Source: an uncultured Actinomycetes bacterium
Lineage (GTDB): Bacteria > Actinomycetota > UBA4738 > HRBIN12
Assembly: GCA_963704885.1 (NCBI GenBank)
Contig: CAVPIB010000001.1
Location: 576,001 to 640,000 of the forward strand
Direction: 5' to 3'
DNA length: 64,000 nucleotides
Below the pieces are notes generated by a model, which had not been told where the DNA came from, made no database searches, and worked only from the letters and a program-made list of their open reading frames with translations. Position numbers and translations under genes: made by a program. This document shows positions 60,334 to 64,000 of the stretch, piece by piece; positions within the stretch are counted from its first letter, which is position 1, and every line of letters starts with the position of its first letter.

Positions 60334-62991
60334 GTGGCGGACCAGAGAACCGAAGGCCTCGATCGAGCGCTCGCCGAGGCGCCCGATCCCGAGCTGGCCC
60401 GGGTGGCCGTCTCCCGCGTGAGCGACGATCCTGTCGCCCACGAGCAGCTCTTCAGGCCCGACGTGCTCAACGTCGCCGTTCGGCTTCTCGGTTTCTCGAC
60501 CGCCGCGGCCGACCTCCTGGTCCGGCATCCGGAAGAGGTCGTTGAGCTCGCCGACATCCGGCCGCGGGACCGAGCGGAACTGGACGCCGAGCTCCGAGAG
60601 GCCGTCGCCGTCCTAGGGCTGCAGGACGGGCTCCGCGTGTTCCGCCGACGAGCCATGCTGCGCGTCGCCGCGCGCGACCTCCAGGGCGGCGCGCTGGAGG
60701 ATGTCGTCACCGAGATCTCGGAGGTCGCCGAGGGCTGCCTGCAGGAAGCATGCGCCCGGGCCGCGGGCGATACCCGCCTCACCGTGATCGGCCTGGGGAA
60801 GTTGGGCGGGGGCGAGCTCAACTACGCCAGCGACGTGGACCTGATCTTCCTGCATGCGGACGCGGGACCCGACGCGCAGGACGCCGCCGAACACGCGGCG
60901 GCCGAGCTGATCCGCACGCTGGCGGAGCCCACCGGCGAAGGGATCGCGCTCCGAGTGGACCCCACCCTTCGCCCCGGTGGCCGGAGCGGCGTGCTGTCGC
61001 GCAGCCTGGAGGCGACCCTCGAGTACTACGAGCACCAGTCGGCCACCTGGGAACGGCAGGCCATGATCAAGGCGCGTCCGGTCGCCGGAGACCCGTGGAT
61101 CGGCTCGGCGTTCGTGCAGGGGGTGGTGCCGTTCGTCTATCCGGTGGAGCTCGCTCCGCGCGCTATCGACGACGTCCGCCGCACGAAGGTTCGGCTCGAG
61201 GAGTACATCCGCCGCCGGGGCAAGGAGCTAACAGAGGTGAAGCGCGGCCGCGGCGGCATCCGCGATGTGGAGTTCGCGGTGCAGCTGCTTCAGATCGTCC
61301 ACGGACGCCGCGATCCTCGCCTGCGCGAGCCCAACACGCTCCGTGCGCTCGCGACGCTCGCCGACGAGGGGTACGTGGCGCAGCCGGACGCCGAGGCGCT
61401 CGCCGACGCCTACAGGTTCCTGCGGACCCTGGAGCACAGGCTTCAGATCGTCCGCGATCTGCAGACGCACGACCTGCCGGCGGACCCGCACGCACGCACC
61501 ACGTTGGCGCGCTCACTCGGCTTCGGTGACGCAGGCGAGCTCCAGCGGACCTACGAGAAGCAGACCGGGTTGGTCCGCGGGATCCACGAGCGCCTGTTCT
61601 ACCGGCCTCTGCTGGAGGCGTTCGCGGGACCGGTGGCGCCCAGTCCAGGCGTGGATCGGCCTGCTACCGAGGAGCTGCTCTCCGGGCTCGGGTTCGCCTC
61701 GCCGTCGTCGTCGTTCGAAGTACTGCGCGGTCTGGTGGATCCGGCGACCCGGATGGGCAAGGTGCTGGCACACGTGTTCCCCGTGATGGTTCCGGCCCTC
61801 GCCCAGGTGGCCAACCCGGACCAAGCGCTCGTTCGGCTGGAGCGGATCGCTCAGGCAGTCGGAGATCGGCACGGGCCGGCCGATACGCTGGCTGCGGATC
61901 CGAAAGCCGCGCAACGCCTCGCGCATCTGGCGGCCGCAAGCGCCTTCGCGACCGACCTTCTGGTCACCAAGCCGGAACGCTTGACGGCACTCGCCGATCG
62001 CGGCCGGGTCGTCGATACGCAGGCCGCTCTGGTCTCGGCCGTCGGTCGTTACGCCTCTCGCGAGCTCCAGCCTCGCGAGACCGGCGCGGCGCTCGCCGAC
62101 GTGGCAGACCGAGCGGTGCGCGAGGCCACCGACGCCGCCGAGCCCGATCTGCCCTTCGCCGTGATCGGCATGGGCAAGCTTGGCGCGCGCGAGCTGAACA
62201 TGGCGTCGGATCTCGACGTGATGTTCGTCTACGAGGGCGAGGGTCCAGACGACGTGCGGCGAGCCGTGAACGTGGGGGAGCGCGTGATGCGAGGTATCCG
62301 GGACGCCGGGTGGGAGCCCGACGCCGACCTCCGCCCCGAGGGCCGCAACGGTCCGCTCGCCCGATCGCTCGCCGGGTATCTGGAGTATTGGGAGCGGTAC
62401 GCGGAGCTATGGGAGTTCCAGTCGCTCCTGCGCGCGCGTCACGTGGCGGGCGACGAGCAACTCGGCCGACGGTTCGTGATGAACGCCGGCGACTTCGCGT
62501 ATCCGCCCGACGGCATCACGGTGGATCGTGTCGGTGACATCCGACGCATGCGCGAACGGATAGAGCGCGAACGCGTGAAGCCTCCCGAGGCGGCGAAGTT
62601 CCACTTCAAGCTCGGGTACGGATCGCTCGCCGACGTGCAGTTCGCCGTGGAGGTGTCGCTGATGCGTTCCGGTGGCGCGCTTCCGGAGCTCCGTACCAAT
62701 CGCACGCTGGAGGCGATCGAGCGCCTGGCGGAGCATCACCTGTTGGAGCAGAGCGTGGCCCGCGACCTAGGTGAGGCGTTCGTCTTCCTGTCGGACGTCA
62801 AGAACGCGCTAGAGGTCGATCGTCGGCTGCACGCCGAAGCTCTACCACCCGCCCCCGAAGATCAAGACGCGCTGGCGCGCCGGCTGGGATATCAGGAATA
62901 CCCGCGTCAGAGTTTCATCGACGACTACCTACGCATCACGCGTCGATGTCGGCGTGCGATGGAGCGCGTCTTCCACGAAGAAGCGTCGTGA
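60334..62991 (+). CDS. glnE: glutamine synthetase adenylyltransferase
   Basis: Two NT domains GKLGG.ELNYASDVD and MGKLGARELN.ASDLD, WERQA..KAR, K.G.GG.RDVEF. Confidence 0.93.
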   Translation: MADQRTEGLDRALAEAPDPELARVAVSRVSDDPVAHEQLFRPDVLNVAVRLLGFSTAAADLLVRHPEEVVELADIRPRDRAELDAELREAVAVLGLQDGLRVFRRRAMLRVAARDLQGGALEDVVTEISEVAEGCLQEACARAAGDTRLTVIGLGKLGGGELNYASDVDLIFLHADAGPDAQDAAEHAAAELIRTLAEPTGEGIALRVDPTLRPGGRSGVLSRSLEATLEYYEHQSATWERQAMIKARPVAGDPWIGSAFVQGVVPFVYPVELAPRAIDDVRRTKVRLEEYIRRRGKELTEVKRGRGGIRDVEFAVQLLQIVHGRRDPRLREPNTLRALATLADEGYVAQPDAEALADAYRFLRTLEHRLQIVRDLQTHDLPADPHARTTLARSLGFGDAGELQRTYEKQTGLVRGIHERLFYRPLLEAFAGPVAPSPGVDRPATEELLSGLGFASPSSSFEVLRGLVDPATRMGKVLAHVFPVMVPALAQVANPDQALVRLERIAQAVGDRHGPADTLAADPKAAQRLAHLAAASAFATDLLVTKPERLTALADRGRVVDTQAALVSAVGRYASRELQPRETGAALADVADRAVREATDAAEPDLPFAVIGMGKLGARELNMASDLDVMFVYEGEGPDDVRRAVNVGERVMRGIRDAGWEPDADLRPEGRNGPLARSLAGYLEYWERYAELWEFQSLLRARHVAGDEQLGRRFVMNAGDFAYPPDGITVDRVGDIRRMRERIERERVKPPEAAKFHFKLGYGSLADVQFAVEVSLMRSGGALPELRTNRTLEAIERLAEHHLLEQSVARDLGEAFVFLSDVKNALEVDRRLHAEALPPAPEDQDALARRLGYQEYPRQSFIDDYLRITRRCRRAMERVFHEEAS

Positions 62992-62999
62992 CCATCCGC

Positions 63000-63896
63000 C
63001 TACAGCTGATCGATCGGGTGGATATCCGCTCGCGGGCCGTACGCCGGCGCTTTGACGTGGCCGGCCTCCAGCAGGCGCTGCACTCGGCCGCGATGTCCGC
63101 TGTACGGCTCCAACAGCTCCAACATCCGCTCGTCGGTGCCGCGGGGTTCGCCGGCCAACGCCCAACAGACCACGTCCGGCAGGTGGTAGTCGCCCACGGA
63201 GACGGCGTCCGCGTCGCCGAGCGCCAGCCTGGAGACCTCCGCCACGGTCCACGGACCCACGCCGGGGATCTGCGAGAGCCGGCCCTTGGCCAACTCGAGC
63301 GGTAGCGCCGCGGCGGCCTCGAGCCGCGGCGCTCCGGCGCACGCGGCTCGGACCGTCTCGGCTCGCCGTTGTTCAACGCCCCACGGGTGGAACGCGAAGT
63401 ACGGCGTCTCGGCCATGAGTTCAGGTTCGGGTGGAAGATGAAGGCCGCTCTCTCCGGGAGCGGGGCCGCTCGTGGCAAGGACCATCGCGCGGTAGGCCCG
63501 GCGCGCCTCAACGCCGGTCACCTTCTGCTCCAAGATCGTGGGGATCAAGACCTGCATGACGCCCATCGATCGCGTGATGCGGACCCCGCGGTGGTTGCGC
63601 CAAAGCTCGGCGATCACGTCGTGCTGCGGCTCGAACCCCTCGGCCGTGTCGCGGGCGCCGATCAGGCCGGGCGCGGTGTCGAGCGCCCAGTCCGCTCCCG
63701 GTCCCCACGCTTCGGCCTGGACGTCGTAGCCGAACGAGCGAACGTGAAGTGTGGCCGGGCCGTCGGGGGTGCGCATGGCTCGCCAGGCCTCGCCCTGACC
63801 GACCCGCATCGTCGGGTCCCCGGCGCCACGACAAAGGGGGAAGAGGGTGCCGGCCAGATCGATCGGGAAGGAAGTCGCGATCATCCTTAGCGGCAC
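63000..63896 (-). CDS. HhH-GPD DNA-3-methyladenine glycosylase-like protein
   Basis: ILEQKVTG, IPGVGPWT, GD.DAVSVGDYHL; start approximate. Confidence 0.85.
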   Translation of the reverse strand: MPLRMIATSFPIDLAGTLFPLCRGAGDPTMRVGQGEAWRAMRTPDGPATLHVRSFGYDVQAEAWGPGADWALDTAPGLIGARDTAEGFEPQHDVIAELWRNHRGVRITRSMGVMQVLIPTILEQKVTGVEARRAYRAMVLATSGPAPGESGLHLPPEPELMAETPYFAFHPWGVEQRRAETVRAACAGAPRLEAAAALPLELAKGRLSQIPGVGPWTVAEVSRLALGDADAVSVGDYHLPDVVCWALAGEPRGTDERMLELLEPYSGHRGRVQRLLEAGHVKAPAYGPRADIHPIDQL

Positions 63897-64000
63897 TACA
63901 CACAGACTAGCCCGCAGCCAGGCGGGTCCCGGCTACTCACGGCAGATAGTGCGACAAGTTCGGTGGCGCCCAGGCTCAGACGGTCTTCGCGTATGCGGGC

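Overview
High-GC window from an actinobacterium-like genome (inferred from gene content and many leaderless TANNNT promoters). From left to right: a small sulfur/anion transport cluster (TauE exporter, YezD/DUF2292, ABC ATPase and permease, Na/Pi-like symporter), in which both transcription units start with the same 28-nt leader motif overlapping an intrinsic terminator; a purine operon (purA-D-E-B-C-S-Q-L, HAD, ECF sigma-ogt, purF-M); twin response regulators; kal, a nucleoside phosphorylase, a DMT transporter, a BtuF-like protein and a 2-oxoacid dehydrogenase E1a/E1b/E2; a tRNA Lys-Glu-Asp-Phe cluster split by an ~8.5 kb island. That island is a tandem stack of integrase-less, DDE-type transposon relics whose junctions repeat the first bases of tRNA-Phe. 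After it come three tandem ECF sigma / membrane-protein / lipoprotein modules, an M28 peptidase, SIMPL, nadE, a cyclase-STAND-TPR protein, a secreted Ig-like protein, glnA, ridA, glnE and an AlkA-like glycosylase. The best candidates for undescribed systems are the YezD-associated attenuator, the transposon family targeting the tRNA-Phe 5' end, and the shuffled ECF modules. All calls come from reading motifs by eye; no database searches were run.
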